IMG/VR virus record: IMGVR_UViG_3300009082_000018
Location: 32,001 to 96,000 of that record
From: a virus
Length of the DNA: 64,000 nt
Strand: one strand, 5' to 3'
A program made the translations under genes and the position numbers. The notes beneath the pieces were generated by a model. It worked only from the letters and a program-made list of their open reading frames with translations, was not told the origin of the DNA and did no database searches. This document shows, piece after piece, positions 62,335 to 64,000 of this stretch. Numbering within the stretch: position 1 is the first letter of the stretch; each line of letters starts with the position of its first letter.

Positions 62335-62762
62335 CAGTTGATGTCCCGATGTGGTGCTTCGCTCCGGTAGACCTTCAGCTGTTCCGGTGGATTAGCTTGA
62401 GTCCACCTCTCGATCAACTCGATCGCTTTCTTCAGGTGACCAAAGTCAGAGTAGTTGACCACCTTGTCGTTACTGTGGATCCTGACGTCGGTGATGAAGT
62501 CGCTGTGCCGGCGGCCCTCGTCATCTAGAGACTTCCAGATCGCGAACTCGACCCCGGTGTAGGACTCAGCGGGGGCCCCGGGGATGGAGTGGAGCCCAAA
62601 GCCAGCCTGGATGGACAGGATGTAGCCGTTGGGGGAGAGAGCGTGGATCGAGATGCCACGGGAGTCCCGCCACAGCTCCTCGACGTCGCTTCGATCGGAG
62701 ATGACCCGCCAGCCTCGATCGATCAGGAGCTTCACGAGAAGGTCTTGCGTCATGGTTGACAT
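62334..62762 (-). CDS. hypothetical protein ending RSEAPHRDIN
   Basis: GGGAG SD. Confidence 0.55.
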   Translation of the reverse strand: MSTMTQDLLVKLLIDRGWRVISDRSDVEELWRDSRGISIHALSPNGYILSIQAGFGLHSIPGAPAESYTGVEFAIWKSLDDEGRRHSDFITDVRIHSNDKVVNYSDFGHLKKAIELIERWTQANPPEQLKVYRSEAPHRDIN

Positions 62763-63037
62763 CGTTCTGCTCCCTGTTCTACTCTCTCCACAGAGGCGTC
62801 ATAGGCCTGTTGGAGTCTGCCGGTTGGCGCCAGCCGCCAGCGGCCTTTGGCGACACTCCGTAGCGGAAAGCAGACTCGCCTCGGGGGCACCCGAGGCTGA
62901 CCGCTATCGAGCCTCTATTTCGTAGTCCTCGTCGTAGTCGGCGACTTCTTCTTCGTAGGCCGCCTCGGTGTCTGCCGCCTCCAAAAGCTCTGTGTCCGAG
63001 AGTAACCAGATCGCTTCGTCTCTCCAGCCACGCTCCT

Positions 63038-63289
63038 TCAAGTAGCTCTTGGCGTACCGCCAAGAAGACAGATGCGGGGCATCAGAACACCGAGGTGGAG
63101 ACGCCGAACCTTGTCCTCCCGGTCCATCTCCAGGCGGAGCATGTGGAGGTCTTCAAGGATCTGAGCGGTTTCTTTGTCCTCGATGGCTTTCAGCCTGTTG
63201 GCTTCCTTTTGCTCCTCTGGTGTGAGAGTGATCTCCTCTTCCCACTCTCGTTTCCAGTCCGTGTCGCAATTGTTGATTGATCGGCTCAT
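63038..63289 (-). CDS. hypothetical protein
   Basis: GAGGGA SD. Confidence 0.5.
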   Translation of the reverse strand: MSRSINNCDTDWKREWEEEITLTPEEQKEANRLKAIEDKETAQILEDLHMLRLEMDREDKVRRLHLGVLMPRICLLGGTPRAT

Positions 63290-63323
63290 TGATCCCTCTT
63301 CGTACGGTAGTAGAACGACACCT

Positions 63324-63902
63324 TCACTGTGTCACTAGTCGTGGTTGGCACATCACCTCGTCGTAGATCTTTTTTGCTGCTTCGTACGATTCGGCTTGGA
63401 ATTCCTTGATCCGTGTTGCCCCCTTCGTGAGGAAATCCTTCTGAGGATGATTGGCTGGTAGCAATGTGAGTTCCAGATCATCCTTGTTCCAGATCTCCCA
63501 GTCCTTCACGTCTTCCCAGGTCAGCTCCCACTCTTTCTCGTCCCAGGGAGCTTTACCCTTTGTGATCAGCTTCCACTCGTCTTCAGTCGGGTCACGGAAC
63601 TCGCCTCGAAGCTCAGCGTCGTACTCCCCATCCCGATCAGGCCCCCAGCTATGCATCCTGCCTTCCCAGATGCTGATCCCATCAGGAGCATTGTCAAGCC
63701 CATTGTCATCGAGCCTGTAGCTACCAGAGCCTTCGTGCCAGGCTGCCCAGCAGGAACCGATAGCGTAGAGAACACATCCAGCTCCACCATTGCAGGCCAC
63801 CACCAGTCGGCTGTTCATCTCTCTTTTGTACTTCGACCACGGAGAAAGCTGCTCTCCAAGATCGATGGGCTCTGCAACCGTCCAGTCTTTGTTTGGCATC
63901 AC
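63324..63902 (-). CDS. hypothetical protein
   Basis: 192-aa Trp/acidic-rich ORF on the coding strand. Confidence 0.55.
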   Translation of the reverse strand: MMPNKDWTVAEPIDLGEQLSPWSKYKREMNSRLVVACNGGAGCVLYAIGSCWAAWHEGSGSYRLDDNGLDNAPDGISIWEGRMHSWGPDRDGEYDAELRGEFRDPTEDEWKLITKGKAPWDEKEWELTWEDVKDWEIWNKDDLELTLLPANHPQKDFLTKGATRIKEFQAESYEAAKKIYDEVMCQPRLVTQ

Positions 63903-64000
63903 TTTTTCTCGCTCTCAACTTGATCCAACTTGGTGTACAGAATAGCTTTTGTCTTCTCTCGACGATAGAATGACACCTTGACCGAATTAGGATCAAGGTC

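Overview
This is a segment of a large tailed-phage genome in the standard genetic code. The host cannot be determined from the sequence. Plus strand 1-17.4 kb: paralogous tail/baseplate-type genes, a GC-richer two-gene beta-propeller cassette, lysis-type membrane proteins, a matrixin protease, an SF2 helicase, an amidase, a DNA methyltransferase and a J-domain protein. Plus strand 17.36-24.5 kb is a self-contained translation-rescue module. It starts with a 50-51 codon leader ORF that uses all 20 amino acids and 41 different codons and whose stop codon overlaps the antiterminator strand of an intrinsic terminator. After the terminator come 43 tRNA genes (one per anticodon plus three CAU types), an HNH nuclease, four Y RNA-like genes (two with a YrlA-type permuted tRNA domain), one free-standing permuted tRNA module, and a Ro60/TROVE gene whose ribosome-binding site is folded into a Y RNA-like helix. 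Minus strand 24.6-60.9 kb: nucleotide metabolism (dNK, ThyX, dNMP kinase, MazG), terminase, RuvC, SbcCD, RecA, SSB, UvsY-like, family A DNA polymerase, sigma factor, VWA/MoxR pair, primase, helicase, SLT, a bacterial-type histone and an H1-like protein. Two short linear motifs (KKxPPP and RxxAP[WYH]) recur at the ends of many unrelated proteins. All calls come from reading motifs and base pairing by eye; no searches were run.
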